Assembly (NCBI GenBank): GCA_964016885.1
Contig: OZ024745.1
Span: 25,234,001-25,298,000 of the forward strand
Reading direction: 5' to 3'
From: Eledone cirrhosa
Taxonomy: Eukaryota
Length of the DNA: 64,000 nucleotides
Shown here: one piece after another, positions 39,031 through 53,684 of the stretch
Position numbering within the stretch: the stretch's first letter is position 1
Layout: the number at the start of each line of letters is the position of its first letter
The notes under the pieces: generated by a model
Databases searched by the model: none
What the model was told of the DNA's origin: nothing
What the model saw: the letters and a program-made list of their open reading frames with translations, nothing else
Position numbers and translations under genes: made by a program

Positions 39031-40687
39031 ATTTGTGGGCTTTTCATGCCATACATGCTCAAACTATCAGAATAATCTAGCACAAAGTTGTTGTCACATG
39101 ATTCTTATGTTTTATTATTATTATTATAATATATATATCATCATCATCACCGTTTTATGTCTATTTTTCCATGCTAGATATATATATGAGTACACACACA
39201 TATATGATATGTATGTATATATGTGTGTGTGTGAATAAATATAGCATATCCATGCTTACGTATAGTACCTCTTTCACACACATGTGTACACACACATCTG
39301 CAACCATACTCTGCAGGCCCCACCACCACCACCACCACCACCACCACCACTGCTACAACAGTGTTATATAATATCAACTGACCTTCAAGTGTGTTAAGAT
39401 GAATGTATTGGAAGTGCTGACCTAGAAATAGAAAAATAATATTTCTGACGTTATATAGACTGACATTAAATCTTTCATGACTGTATTTCTAATGAAATAA
39501 ACTGCTTATGTTCTTTCACTTAATTCTCAAAATAACCAAACATTTCGAGAAATATATAATAAAATAACTAAGTTTTTCATTAGTAAGCTGATATTTAGAA
39601 CATTACTTAACAAATATTTCTAAAATAAAATTATGATGAAAAGTTTTAATATAAGGATAAACATATTAAAAGGAGCCATTTTGTATAATAAATCCAGACT
39701 CTTTTTAGGCAGTTTGGTATCAAAAGGGTAAATGTATTGCATACGTACAACTGTATAATCTCTTAGTTTGGGCTATTATGTTGTCTGTCTGCTGCAGCTG
39801 CATGCTACATCATGTTGACAAGTAGATATGCACTGCAGCTGCAAACTACTGTGACTGCTAATCAGTGCAATTTTTCTACTGTTGCACCAAATTCTGTTTG
39901 TCTGCATTTGTTTTTTTGGTTTGTTCATTTTTCTCAGTCCTGATTACTTTGTTTTATAATTTTACACACTTGTCGTTAGTCTACCTATCCAGCAGTGTGT
40001 TGCTGTGCATTTATGTGTGCGCGTGTGTGTGTGTGTGTGCGTGCGTGTGTGTTTGTTTGTTTGTTTGTTTATGTGTGTGTGTGTGTGTATTTGTTTGTTT
40101 ATATGTGTGTGTGAGTGTGTATGTTTGTCTATCTCAAATGTCATACATATATAAATATATGCATATTCTCACTCTATGCATATTCACTTGGACTTGCATG
40201 CAGATATGCACGCATGTGCATAAGCAGACACACACACACATGTATATATATATATATATCTTCATCATCATAATCACCATCAATTAGTGCCCATTTTTCC
40301 ACACACACACACACACACACATATAATCATAATCATAATCACATTCGTTTTAATGTCTGCTAGCAAGGGTTGGAAGGGTCTACCTAGACCAAGTAAATAC
40401 TGAAGTGGGGTTACTGATCTCCCAGGTAGGTCAGGGTCTCCCTTATGTCGAGTCTTCCAGTCCACTGAGTGCAATTGTTGTAAAACAACAAAGGAGAGAC
40501 ACAAAGTAACAACAAAAGTAGTCACTGAGGAGGTCACAGAATGTGTGTCGAAAGAGTTTGACAATCAACAACTAAATGACAATCCTGTTATCAAACTATC
40601 CAACTGCGAAATTATGGTAGTAAATTGAAGTGAAACCCAATAGGTGCATGTGTTTCTGTTGGCAGCATGACCCTCCCAAAGTATAAT

Positions 40688-41085
40688 AATAATAATTGTT
40701 TCTACTTTTGGCACAAGGCCAGCAATTATCCCAGTGCATTACTGGTACTTTATTTTATCGACCCCGGAAGGATGAAAGGCAAAGTTAACCTCGGCAGGAT
40801 TTGAACTCAGATCATACAGGGAGGTAATTCTATGCTTCAAAGCATGGCGCCCGACCCTCTACCGATACTGCCAATCCACAATAATAATGGTTTCTGATTT
40901 AGGCACAAAGCCAGCAATTTTGGGAAGAAGGGAAAGTCAATTATTTGACCCCAGTGCATTACTGGTACTTTATTTTATTGACTCTCTAAGAATGAAAGGC
41001 AAAGTTAACCTCAGTGGGTTTTGAACTTAGAACGTAAAGTGTCATAACTCTATGCCGCAAAGCATGTCGTCCGATACTCTACTGA
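40688..41085 (-). mobile_element. Two tandem family-A SINEs
   Basis: Same consensus as the other family-A copies. Confidence 0.85.
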
Positions 41086-41869
41086 TATATATATGTATGA
41101 CAGGCTTGCACACAATATTCTTATGTGTCATAGAAATAGAATTTTGTTTGTTTAAGTGCTCGTATTAGGTTATTAACCAAGGTAAAATTATGAACCAGAT
41201 AATGAAAATTGAAAACCACCAAACTATTTCCCATGTCTACAATGAATGTGACAATGCAGCTTAGAATTAACAAGGATAAAATTGCATATTTTGTCACACA
41301 AAACAGGAGTGAAGTGACAAAAGGTTTTTTCATTAAGAATCAGAAGTTGTATCTATCATAATTGATCTATTGAAATAAATCTATATTTAAACAGACTTTT
41401 GCTGTAACTTTATTTAGATATAAAGTACCAGTCCTAATGTGGTACCTTGTAGTATTACTTTTGGAATTTTTAAGTTCTAATTTTGCCTGTAGCAACACTT
41501 GTAGCAAGCTGCATCAGTATTTGCCTTTTCTTTGGACTACATTGGTGGCATGTAGAAGGTAGATGTAGATATATGGGCGACTGCTGGTCTTCACAAAAAA
41601 AATAACCTTGCCTAGGCCTGCACCTATGGTGTTGTGAGACACTGGATATTTAAATATTTAGAATGCCAGAAATAGTCACCAAATTGTTAATCAATATAGG
41701 ATTATAAAACGCTACTGATAACTTACTTATCGGCATGATAGATAGACTCTTTTTCAAATATAGCCTGAGAATCACGGATTTAAGGTCAATTAGAAACATC
41801 AAAATTGCATTTCAATGAGGGTAAACATGAGAAGCATGTCTCCTTCAACAATACAAAGATATAGTTAAA

Positions 41870-42142
41870 CTATACATCAAAGATGGAAGCTTGCCAGGTA
41901 TAGTCATATATCCTGCCATAACTCCTTGTCCAAACCCATCCTTCAGGGCACAGTCAAGGGAGGGCGAAGAAGAAGCAGATAATGAAAATCCTGGTCTGAC
42001 AACATCAAAGACTGGAGTGGTCACAACAACAAAACCCTCTCTGCATGATGGAGAATAGAGACAAATGGCAACGACTGACTGCAAAAGCATCTAGAGTGGC
42101 ACACAATGACTGGCTGCACCAGTTGTAGGAATATGATGATGA
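41870..42142 (+). pseudogene. Decayed 3' end of another RTE (BovB-like) LINE
   Basis: Translates roughly as ...HNSLSKPILQGTVKGGRRRSR*..SWSDNIKDWSG, then a (GAT) tail. Confidence 0.7.
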
Positions 42143-43504
42143 TACCTCAAAGAAAAGAAAATCACATCCTCCCTACTAATGAACAACACAGCTAAAACTC
42201 AAAATTTCATCCTATGATACTTCTCACATTATTGAGAGATGTTTCCTTCTGATCATCTAACAACAAATTTTCAACAAGTATTTTAAGGTTATTTTTCTTG
42301 CTAAAGTGGGGAGTTAACCATGTGGGACCCCATGACAGGTTTCATACTTGTCATAAGGTTCATTTTGAGGCATTGATTTTTAGAGTCAGATTCCCCTAAC
42401 TCTTTTTGTAATCTTCTACAGCCTACAGGGATACAGTGTTCCTATTCTAAACCAAATATACTTGGTTTTGGATTGTAATCATACATCCACATCTGAAAAC
42501 AAGGTTTTGTCTTCAGATCCAAGAAATACCTCAGTACTAATCAGTTGATGAACACTTACAAAACTGAAGTATGACATACATTAGAGTACTGCTCACGCAT
42601 ATATGGGATGGAATGGGATAGTATGGTCCTACACACACACAAATATCTTTGACTCGATGTTTTACTTGGCCATTCTACTAGAAATAGCAGCCAAATCTCC
42701 CTCAATCTCTATTACTGTCTAAAACAATGGTTTTTAATCTTTTTTGCTCTGTGTTCCACCATGACACCTCCAAAAATGTTATGCTTCCACCTCAATATAA
42801 AAAACATGTTTGGTGTTAAAAAGTTACGTTAGATTTACAAAAAATTGCCCTTCCCCTCAAATATTTAAATTGCCTCTTTTTTAGTGATTTACTGTTTAGT
42901 CAGGGAGAGAAAGTCCACATTGAAGACTCTTTTTAGGGCGTTTAAAATGCTTGAAACTGAATGGTCAAATGCTTGAAACTGAATGGATCCCACTAAAAGC
43001 ACCCAATGGCTGGTTGGTAGGTTAAACAGTGCAACAGATTAAGGCTACCACCCAAGTAGGCTATGACAAGGATTTGAACTCAGAATGAAAAAGTACAAAC
43101 AAATGCTGCAAGACATCTTGTCTTATGCTCTAACCATTCCGCTAGTCCACTTATTTTCCTGGACTGGTACTTTATTTTACCAACCGCAAAAGGATGAAAG
43201 GCAATGTTGTCGTCTGTAGGAGTTAAACTGAGAGTACAGTGAGCCAGCTTAATATAGTATAGTCTTCACTGCACTGAATGATAGCAAAAAACATGGGATA
43301 GACTGTCATGACTGGGATTCTATTGTCTATAATTCTACTTGACCAAAACTGATATTGAGCTAAGCATCAACAAAATGGCTACCAATCTTTCTGACCAGCT
43401 TTGTTATCATCATCATCATCATCACTGTTTCACATCCATTTTCCATGATAGCATGGGTAGGACTATTAAAAACATTTTATCCAATGTTCTAATGTCTCTG
43501 TCAA

Positions 43505-43540
<36 letters not shown>

Positions 43541-43542
43541 GT

Positions 43543-43592
43543 TCTTGTCTGATGACCCTGTGATAAACAGATGAAACTCCAGAGTAACAAGA
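43543..43592 (+). ncRNA. Type I hammerhead ribozyme inserted in (TA)n
   Basis: tcttgt-CTGATGA-ccctg(tgataaa)cagat-GAAA-ctc(ca)gag-TA-acaaga, with a 6-bp perfect stem I and AATAAA downstream. A decayed reverse copy lies at 12147-12193. Confidence 0.72.
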
Positions 43593-43669
43593 CTCACTAT
43601 TTAGCCTTAATAAAATGTATATATATATATGTATATTTACACACACACATATATATATATATATAAAAT

Positions 43670-43719
<50 letters not shown>

Positions 43720-44952
43720 CAAGACCTTAGCTGATTAGCCATTAAGAAAGATTTAGATACACTTAATTCACTGTGTCTGTGTTCCCAGATAAATGGATTA
43801 GCCAGCTTTTTATTTTTATTTTTTTCAGGATAAGGTGTGGCACTATCACATTTCACCATTAAAAAGTAAATAAAATAAAACTAAAAATAAAATAAAATAA
43901 ATCTGAGTGAAAGAAAATAATAAAGAAAAGGAAACAAAAATAAGGAACAAAAAAAAAATTTTTCAAGAAGTAAAATAAATAAACAAAATAAAAAAAAAAG
44001 ATCTTAGGCAAGAAATTGAGAAACATTTTCAGAGGATGGTGGGAAAGTTCTGAGCAATTTATCTTTTGCTTCTATTTTATTTATTTTACCATTTTGTACT
44101 GTTTTATTTATTTTTTTTGTCATGTTTTTATTATTATTATTATCATTATTTATTTATTTATATTTTAGGTTCTATTTCTGGCTGTTTTATTTTATTTTAT
44201 TTTTTTTTAACATTCCCTTCATGAGACTCCACAAAACCACAATCTCTCAGACGCTTCTTTGTGGTACATATATATATATATATATATATATATTAATGTA
44301 TTCTTTTAGGTTTTTTTTAAGGGGTTACTAGTTTGGTTGAGTGGGTAGGTGGTAGAAAGTTAATTCATTGATCTTGTACTATTTTAATTTAAACATTAAT
44401 TGTTGTTGTTATTAATTTGTTTTTATTAATGGTAGCTAGCAAGAAGTATTGTTGTCTTTTCTTTTAATTTGTAAGTTAAATTATGAAAGTGTTTAGTGAC
44501 CTAGTGGTTAGGGCTTATGGCTGACTATTATACGTCTGAGGGCTCATTTCCCAGACTAAGATGCACATTGTATCCTCGAGCAAGACACTTTATTTCATGA
44601 TAAAAGGAATATTAGTTGCAGTAACTAGGGGTTAACCCAAACAGTTGCTTAACCCTTTAGCATTTACATTATTTTATATTTACTATTATATTTTCATGGT
44701 AAAGTCTTTACCTCACATAATATCAAATCTATGAGTATCGGTGAGAAAGTGTCACTTGTTGTGTAGTTGGTTACTATGGTGATATCTATCTGTCTTTCAC
44801 ACAGTCTCTCTCTTTCTCTCACTGTATTTCTCTCTCAACATTTTGTATGGAAAAAATAGTTTTTGGTTTACAAACATTTTGGATGACAAACTGCCTTCAG
44901 GAACGAATTAAGTTAATGAATTGAGGTTCCACTGTATTTATCTACCAATAGA

Positions 44953-44973
44953 TGTCTGTCTGTCTGTCTGTCC

Positions 44974-45072
<99 letters not shown>
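44953..45072. repeat. (TGTC)n microsatellite
   Basis: Seen directly. Confidence 0.95.
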
Positions 45073-45714
45073 CATCTTTTCATGGCATATCTGTCTGCTA
45101 TTTCTTTATGTATATTGTTATCTATACCAGTCTGTTGGTCTGTCTATTTTTCTGTCTGACCAGTTAAAATGGTTGTTTCTCCATCATAAGGTACAGGGGG
45201 AATTAAACAAACATTTTTTTTTATACAATATAGTCTCTGATCAAATCAGGTATATATGACATACCAATCCAACACCAATACCACCACTAACACTACCACA
45301 ACTACCACCACCAACATCATAATCACCACTAACAGCACAACCGCCACCAACACCACTGCCAACACCAACAACCACCACTAACGCCACTAACAGCACAACC
45401 ACCACCACCAACACAACCACCACCATCACCACCACCACAAAACCACCATAATAACCACCACCTACACACCACAACTACCGCCACCAACACCACTGCCAAC
45501 ACCAACAACCACCACTAACGCCACTAACAGCACAACCACCACCACCAACACAACCAACACCAACACCACTCCACCACCACAACACCACTACAACCACCAC
45601 CACAGTCACCACCAACACTTCCACCAACACGACCAACATCACTACTACCACAACACCACCACCACCACCAGCTGGCGTTAGTTACAAATTCTACTGAATG
45701 TTATTTGTATTGTT

Positions 45715-45900
45715 GGGCGGTGGATTGGCAGTATCGGTAGAGGATCGGACGCCATACTTTGAAGCATAGTTACGTCCCTTTACGATCTGAGTTCAAATCC
45801 CGCTGAGGTTGACTTTGCCTTTCATCCTTACGGAGTCAATAAAATAAAAGTACCAGTAATGCACTGTGTAATTGCTGGCCTTGTGCCTAAAGTAGAAACA
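45715..45900 (+). mobile_element. Full-length family-A SINE with 15-bp TSD
   Basis: GTTATTTGTATTGTT at 45700-45714 and 45901-45915. A/B-box-like motifs TGGCAGTATCGG and GAGTTCAAATCC. Confidence 0.92.
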
Positions 45901-45954
45901 GTTATTTGTATTGTTGTTGTTGCATATCCAGCTGTCTGTATTATTGTCTAGTAC

Positions 45955-48900
45955 TACTGTTATATCTAGTGCAGTGAGTTAACTGGCTGCCTGGGGTTGT
46001 AGACCACTTATGTATTATAGGATATAGTACTGTTATATCTAGTGCAGTGGGTTAACTGGCTGCCTGTGGTTGTAGACCACTTATGTAGTATAGGATATAG
46101 TACTGTTATATCTAGTGCAGTGAGTTAACTGGCTGCCTGTGGTTGTAGACCACTTATGTAGTATAGGATATAGTACTGTTATATCTAGTGCAGTGGGTTA
46201 ACTGGCTGCCTGTGGTTGTAGACCACTTATGTAGTATAGGATATAGTACTGTTATATCTAGTGCAGTGGGTTAACTGGCTGCCTGTGGTTGTAGACCACT
46301 TATGTAGTATAGGATATAGTACTGTTATATCTAGTGCAGTGGGTTAACTGGCTGCCTGTGGTTGTAGACCACTTATGTAGTATAGGATATAGTACTGTTA
46401 TATCTAGTGCAGTGGGTTAACTGGCTGCCTGTGGTTGTAGACCACTTATGTAGTATAGGATATAGTACTGTTATATCTAGTGCAGTGGGTTAACTGGCTG
46501 CCTGTGGTTGTAGACCACTTATGTAGTATAGGATATAGTACTGTTATATCTAGTGCAGTGGGTTAACTGGCTGCCTGTGGTTGTAGACCACTTATGTAGT
46601 ATAGGATATAGTACTGTTATATCTAGTGCAGTGGGTTAACTGGCTGCCTGTGGTTGTAGACCACTTATGTAGTATAGGATATAGTACTGTTATATCTAGT
46701 GCAGTGGGTTAACTGGCTGCCTGTGGTTGTAGACCACTTATGTAGTATAGGATATAGTACTGTTATATCTAGTGCAGTGGGTTAACTGGCTGCCTGTGGT
46801 TGTAGACCACTTATGTAGTATAGGATATAGTACTGTTATATCTAGTGTAGTGGGTTAACTGGCTGCCTGGGGTTGTAGACCACTTATGTAGTATAGGATA
46901 TAGTACTGTTATATCTAGTGTAGTGGGTTAACTGGCTGCCTGTGGTTGTAGACCACTTATGTAGTATAGGATATAGTACTGTTATATCTAGTGCAGTGGG
47001 TTCACTGGCTGCCTGGGGTTGTAGACCACTTATGTAGTATGGGATATAGTACTGTTATATCTAGTGCAGTGGGTTAACTGGCTGCCTGTGGTTGTAGACC
47101 ACTTATGTAGTATGGGATATAGTACTGTTATATCTAGTGCAGTGGGTTAACTGGCTGCCTGTGGTTGTAGACCACTTATGTAGTATAGGATATAGTACTG
47201 TTATATCTAGTACAGTGGGTTAACTGGCTGCCTGGGGTTGTAGACCACTTATGTAGTATGGGATATAGTACTGTTATATCTAGTGCAGTGAGTTAACTGG
47301 CTGCCTGGGGTTGTAGACCACTTATGTAGTATGGGATATAGTACTGTTATATCTAGTGCAGTGGGTTAACTGGCTGCCTGTGGTTGTAGACCACTTATGT
47401 AGTATGGGATATAGTACTGTTATATCTAGTACAGTGGGTTAACTGGCTGCCTGGGGTTGTAGACCACTTATGTAGTATGGGATATAGTACTGTTATATCT
47501 AGTGCAGTGAGTTAACTGGCTGCCTGGGGTTGTAGACCACTTATGTAGTATGGGATATAGTACTGTTATATCTAGTGCAGTGGGTTAACTGGCTGCCTGT
47601 GGTTGTAGACCACTTATGTAGTATAGGATATAGTACTGTTATATCTAGTACAGTGGGTTAACTGGCTGCCTGGGGTTGTAGACCACTTATGTAGTATGGG
47701 ATATAGTACTGTTATATCTAGTGCAGTGGGTTAACTGGCTGCCTGTGGTTGTAGACCACTTATGTAGTATGGGATATAGTACTGTTATATCTAGTGCAGT
47801 GGGTTAACTGGCTGCCTGTGGTTGTAGACCACTTATGTAGTATGGGATATAGTACTGTTATATCTAGTGCAGTGGGTTAACTGGCTGCCTGTGGTTGTAG
47901 ACCACTTATGTAGTATAGGATATAGTACTGTTATATCTAGTGCAGTGGGTTAACTGGCTGCCTGGGGTTGTAGACCACTTATGTAGTATGGGATATAGTA
48001 CTGTTATATCTAGTGCAGTGGGTTAACTGGCTGCCTGTGGTTGTAGACCACTTATGTAGTATGGGATATAGTACTGTTATATCTAGTGTAGTGGGTTAAC
48101 TGGCTGCCTGTGGTTGTAGACCACTTATGTAGTATGGGATATAGTACTGTTATATCTAGTGCAGTGGGTTAACTGGCTGCCTGTGGTTGTAGACCACTTA
48201 TGTAGTATGGGATATAGTACTGTTATATCTAGTGCAATGGGTTAACTGGCTGCCTGGGGTTGTAGACCACTTATGTAGTATGGGATATAGTACTGTTATA
48301 TCTAGTGCAGTGGGTTAACTGGCTGCCTGTGGTTGTAGACCACTTATGTAGTATGGGATATAGTACTGTTATATCTAGTGCAGTGGGTTAACTGGCTGCC
48401 TGTGGTTGTAGACCACTTATGTAGTATGGGATATAGTACTGTTATATCTAGTGTAGTGGGTTAACTGGCTGCCTGTGGTTGTAGACCACTTATGTAGTAT
48501 GGGATATAGTACTGTTATATCTAGTGCAGTGGGTTAACTGGCTGCCTGGGGTTGTAGACCACTTATGTAGTATGGGATATAGTACTGTTATATCTAGTGT
48601 AGTGGGTTAACTGGCTGCCTGTGGTTGTAGACCACTTATGTAGTATGGGATATAGTACTGTTATATCTAGTGCAGTGGGTTAACTGGCTGCCTGTGGTTG
48701 TAGACCACTTATGTAGTATGGGATATAGTACTGTTATATCTAGTGCAGTGGGTTAACTGGCTGCCTGTGGTTGTAGACCACTTATGTAGTATGGGATATA
48801 GTACTGTTATATCTAGTGCAGTGGGTTAACTGGCTGCCTGTGGTTGTAGACCACTTATGTAGTATGGGATATAGTACTGTTATATCTAGTGCAGTGGGTT

Positions 48901-50188
48901 AACTGGCTGCCTGGGGTTGTAGACCACTTATGTAGTATGGGATATAGTACTGTTATATCTAGTGCAGTGGGTTAACTGGCTGCCTGTGGTTGTAGACCAC
49001 TTATGTAGTATAGGATATAGTACTGTTATATCTAGTGTAGTGGGTTAACTGGCTGCCTGGGGTTGTAGACTACTTATGTAGTATGGGATATAGTACTGTT
49101 ATATCTAGTGTAGTGGGTTAACTGGCTGCCTGGGGTTGTAGACCACTTATGTAGTATAGGATATAGTACTGTTATATCTAGTGCAGTGGGTTAACTGGCT
49201 GCCTGTGGTTGTAGACCACTTATGTAGTATAGGATATAGTACTGTTATATCTAGTGTAGTGGGTTAACTGGCTGCCTGTGGTTGTAGACCACTTATGTAG
49301 TATAGGATATAGTACTGTTATATCTAGTGCAGTGGGTTAACTGGCTGCCTGTGGTTGTAGACCACTTATGTAGTATAGGATATAGTACTGTTATATCTAG
49401 TGTAGTGGGTTAACTGGCTGCCTGGGGTTGTAGACCACTTATGTAGTATAGGATATAGTACTGTTATATCTAGTGTAGTGGGTTAACTGGCTGCCTGTGG
49501 TTGTAGACCACTTATGTAGTATAGGATATAGTACTGTTATATCTAGTGCAGTGGGTTAACTGGCTGCCTGTGGTTGTAGACCACTTATGTAGTATAGGAT
49601 ATAGTACTGTTATATCTAGTGTAGTGGGTTAACTGGCTGCCTGGGGTTGTAGACCACTTATGTAGTATGGGATATAGTACTGTTATATCTAGTGTAGTGG
49701 GTTAACTGGCTGCCTGGGGTTGTAGACCACTTATGTAGTATGGGATATAGTACTGTTATATCTAGTGCAGTGGGTTAACTGGCTGCCTGTGGTTGTAGAC
49801 CACTTATGTAGTATGGGATATAGTACTGTTATATCTAGTGCAGTGGGTTAACTGGCTGCCTGTGGTTGTAGACCACTTATGTAGTATAGGATATAGTACT
49901 GTTATATCTAGTGCAGTGGGTTAACTGGCTGCCTGTGGTTGTAGACCACTTATGTAGTATAGGATATAGTACTGTTATATCTAGTGCAGTGGGTTCACTG
50001 GCTGCCTGTGGTTGTAGACCACTTATGTAGTATGGGATATAGTACTGTTATATCTAGTGCAGTGGGTTAACTGGCTGCCCGTGGTTGTAGACCACTTATG
50101 TAGTATGGGATATAGTACTGTTATATCTAGTGCAGTCGGTTAACTGGCTGCCTGTGGTTGTAGACCACTTATGTAGTATGGGATATAG
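45955..50188. repeat. 73-bp tandem satellite, about 58 copies
   Basis: Unit tactgttatatctagtgcagtgggttaactggctgcctgtggttgtagaccacttatgtagtatRggatatag; period 73 (46171 to 46244). Confidence 0.97.
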
Positions 50189-50665
50189 ATGTAGGGTGTG
50201 TAGTGGGGGGTTGTGGTGGTGGGGGTGTAGTGGTGGTGGTTGTAGTGGAAGGGTTGTTGTGGTGGCGTTGGGGTTGGAGGTGTAGTTGGGGGAGGGGGAG
50301 TGGTGTGTAGTGGCGGGCGTACTGGGGGTCCAGTGGCGGGCGTATGGAGGGGGGGGGGGGGTAGTAGTGGTGGTAGTTATAGGGTGGTGTAGTGATGGGG
50401 GGTGTTGCTGTATTAATATATGTTGTTGGGGATTGTGTTTATATGTGAATATGTGTGTGTTTGCGTTTGTTTGTTTTGTTTGTTGCTGTTGTTTTTACTG
50501 TTTAACTCAGTGAGGGAAGGGCAGTGTCCCTGATCCTTTTCAGGACCTCTGAGGCATATGTAGGGTGGGTGGGGTGGAAGTGAAGGGGAGGATATTATCC
50601 TTAAAATTGGATAGCTTGTCTGAATGTTTACAACAGTGTGGACCCTGGTGATGGTCTTAAAATAG

Positions 50666-50882
50666 TTTCATTTATTGGCCACAAGGGCCGACATATAGGG
50701 GACAATACAAAAGACAGGGACAGTTGGGATTTACATATATACAGCGTGTAAACAATACAAATAACAATAACAATAACAATAAAAATACAACAAGGAAAAT
50801 TCCCAGGATTCACTCAGGTACCTCACCAATCCTGAACGACCCGACGCTTCGAGAGCACCCGGGCAGGGCACACTCGGGAAGG
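50666..50882 (-). mobile_element. Short 3' end of a LINE (Tx1-like tail) with 16-bp TSD
   Basis: GATGGTCTTAAAATAG at 50650-50665 and 50883-50898. The minus strand ends cccttgtggccaataaa, like 53059-53075. Confidence 0.8.
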
Positions 50883-51371
50883 GATGGTCTTAAAATAGGC
50901 TACGAATTAAGCCTACCACCCAAAAGGTTTAGTCTACCACCCAAGGGATTAAGTGACACGCCTGCATGTGTGTGTATCATGTGTTACACAGCAGTCTCTA
51001 TATTGTTCGTCTGTTTGGTGTATTTACTACACTTCATGGCATTAACTGACACCATCGCACTGCTACTTCTACAGCCCACCAAAATATATTCTACCACCAT
51101 GTCCTCCTCCGCCTTCTTCTTTTTCTTCTTCTTCTTCTTCTTCTTCTTCTTCTTCTTCTTCTTCTTCTTCTTCTTCTTCTTCTCCTCCTCCTCCTCCTCC
51201 TCCTCCTCCTCCTCCTCCTCCTCCTCCTGAAAATCGCGATGGGGAGAGAAGTGCAGTTTTCTAGCCAGTTTATTGAAAGGTGGATGTGAGTGGCTAAAAT
51301 AAAGCACCAGTAACGTACTGGGGCCGATTTAATCGACTTTCCTCTCCCCACCAAATTACTGGCCTTGTGCC

Positions 51372-53090
51372 TGTCCCCTCTCGTTCCTCTTGTACGTACT
51401 GGCTCTCGAGCCATTACTGCACAAATTGGAGACCATGAGGGGGGTACCTCGCGAACTGGGATGCGGAAGATCCGTGTCGGCTTATGCCGACCACGTCACC
51501 GTGGTGGTGTCGAGCACCAAACACGTCCAGATGCTCAGCACCACTCTCAAGGAATACGAAGCGGTGACAGGAGCAAAGATAAACCAGGAAAAGTCGATGT
51601 GCTTGCAGCTCAGCACCTGGAGAAGCAAGTCAATGCCGCCCGACAGCGTCGTGGGGCGTTGGACAGACGGACCGGTTAAATTGCTCGGGGTCTGGTTCGG
51701 ACCGGACCTCCAGATGGAGAAAAACTGGAACGAGGTGACGAGCAGGGTGTCCTCCCTCATCCAGAAATGGGCCGAGAGGAAGCTGTCCCTGAAAAGCCGG
51801 GCGGAGGTGGTGAATGCGTACATCGCATCCGTCATCTGCTACCGCCTCACCGTCGTCCCTTGCTCCAGCCCAACTCTCACCAAAATGGAGCGCCTCCTCT
51901 TCCGCTTTTTGTGGAAGGGACGCGCTCCCATGGTCAGACGATCCATTGCGTGGAGGACTGGGCATGCCATGGCTGATGATGCGCAAACATGCGCTGAGGC
52001 TGCGACATCTCTGGTGCTTCCTTGATGGTGAACAGGTGTGGTCGCCGTTCGCCAGGCACGTTTTCCCACAGTTCATCTCCTTGACGGAGCTGCAGTCCTG
52101 GGTCAGAAAAAGACCGAGGGATAGCGCTTGGAAACTGGAATGTCCCCAGGCGCTCACTGCCCTCTGCCAGCTGGGCACCAGTATCGGTGGAACATCCACC
52201 TCGGCTTCTATAGAGGACTAGTGGAGGGGATGAGCGACGACATTCTTGGAGAGATCCTGGGCGTCGAAGAACATCAGCTGTTTGCTCTCTTCCGGAGAAC
52301 TTTCAGCCCGGGGCCTATGGATAACTTCCAAAAATCCCTGGCCTGGCACTGCTACCGGGGAGCGCTACCGGTTCGAGATAAGCTCTACATGCACGGAAGT
52401 GCCGTCAGCCGAGCTTGTCCGAGATGCGCGCCGAGCGACAAAACCGTCGTGCACGCACTCGTCCAGTGCCCGAGCATTGCTGACTTGTGGAGCTATGTCG
52501 AACAGTTGCTGTCGCGTGTAGGACTAATCCGGTTGTCGACTGAGTCCATTGTGCAGATGGTCTCGCCGTTTTCCTTTGAGGAGGAAGGGCAGGCGGTTTT
52601 CATCTGCCTGGTGGCCATGGCGAAAGAGATTGTGTGGTGGACAAGGTTAAAAGGGTTAAAGACAGACACTTTCCTCGTCGGCGAATCCCTAATTAACTTT
52701 TTCAAGTTTCACTTGAAGAAGAAAATCAGGGTGGAGAGGCAAGTGCTGCCTTCTAACAAGTTTGTTGAAAGGTGGGTGAATGTAGCGAGAATGGTCCGAA
52801 TATACGTCTGTAGTTTGAGAGATGGAAAAATTAAGAGAGGGCACTTGCCCTGGTGGTCAGGGTGGCCGTGGTCTTTTGTGTGGTTTTCGCCACGAGTAAC
52901 GCTCGGAGGTTTCCCCCCTATTTCTATGTCTTTTTTTTTCTTTTCTTATATAAATAATACAAATTTTCTTTTCATATATAAATAATAAAAATATTTACAC
53001 GCACAAAACCCACATTGTACCGTCCTGTGCCGTCTGTAATGTTTTTCTTGATGTCAGCCCTTGTGGCCAATAAAGAAATCATTATTATTA
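51372..53090 (+). mobile_element. 5'-truncated, frameshifted Tx1/L1-clade LINE (RT C-terminal half, zinc-binding domain, 3'UTR, (ATT)n tail)
   Basis: CPLSFLLYVLALEP, SAYADH (catalytic YADD mutated), INQEKS, KLLGVWFG, W...LSLKSR and CPRC...ETxxH-like (KTVVH)...C motifs spread over three frames. Confidence 0.88.
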
Positions 53091-53091
53091 T

Positions 53092-53430
53092 CTTCCCAGC
53101 ATTTTGTTGAAAGATGGGTGAGAGAAGCAAGTATGGCCCGAGTGAATGGGCCTACTCTGAGTATGTGTCTGTAAATTAAAGGTGGAAAACTGGGAGAGAG
53201 CACTTGCCCTGGTGGTCAGGGTCACTGTGGCCTTTTAATGGGCTTTCTCCACAAATGTCCCTGGGAAGTCTCCCCACTATTGGGGAATTTTTCATTGTTA
53301 TTTTTTTTATTACATCCTCTGTTTTTTACACGCAGAAATGCCCATTTGTACCGTCCTGTATTGCCCTGTACTGTCCTTAATGTCTACTTTATGTAAACCC
53401 TTGTGGTTAATAAAGAAAACATTATTACTA

Positions 53431-53480
<50 letters not shown>
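53092..53480 (+). mobile_element. Second, diverged Tx1-like 3' end
   Basis: Repeats ttgttgaaagatgggtg...cacttgccctggtggtcaggg...cccttgtggttaataaagaaa followed by (ATT)n. Confidence 0.8.
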
Positions 53481-53578
53481 TGCAGGTGTCCAGACCAGTG
53501 AGTGTATGGGACCCGTATCACTTGTTATAGTCAACCAATTTGACAGATCTGGGGATATTTTGTGCCTTATTCTACGTA

Positions 53579-53645
<67 letters not shown>

Positions 53646-53649
53646 TATT

Positions 53650-53684
<35 letters not shown>

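Noticed and set aside
45955-50188. 73-bp array as a CRISPR array, tRNA array or ribozyme array
   Set aside because: No unique spacers or cas genes, no cloverleaf or GTTCRA box, and no hammerhead or twister core found on either strand.
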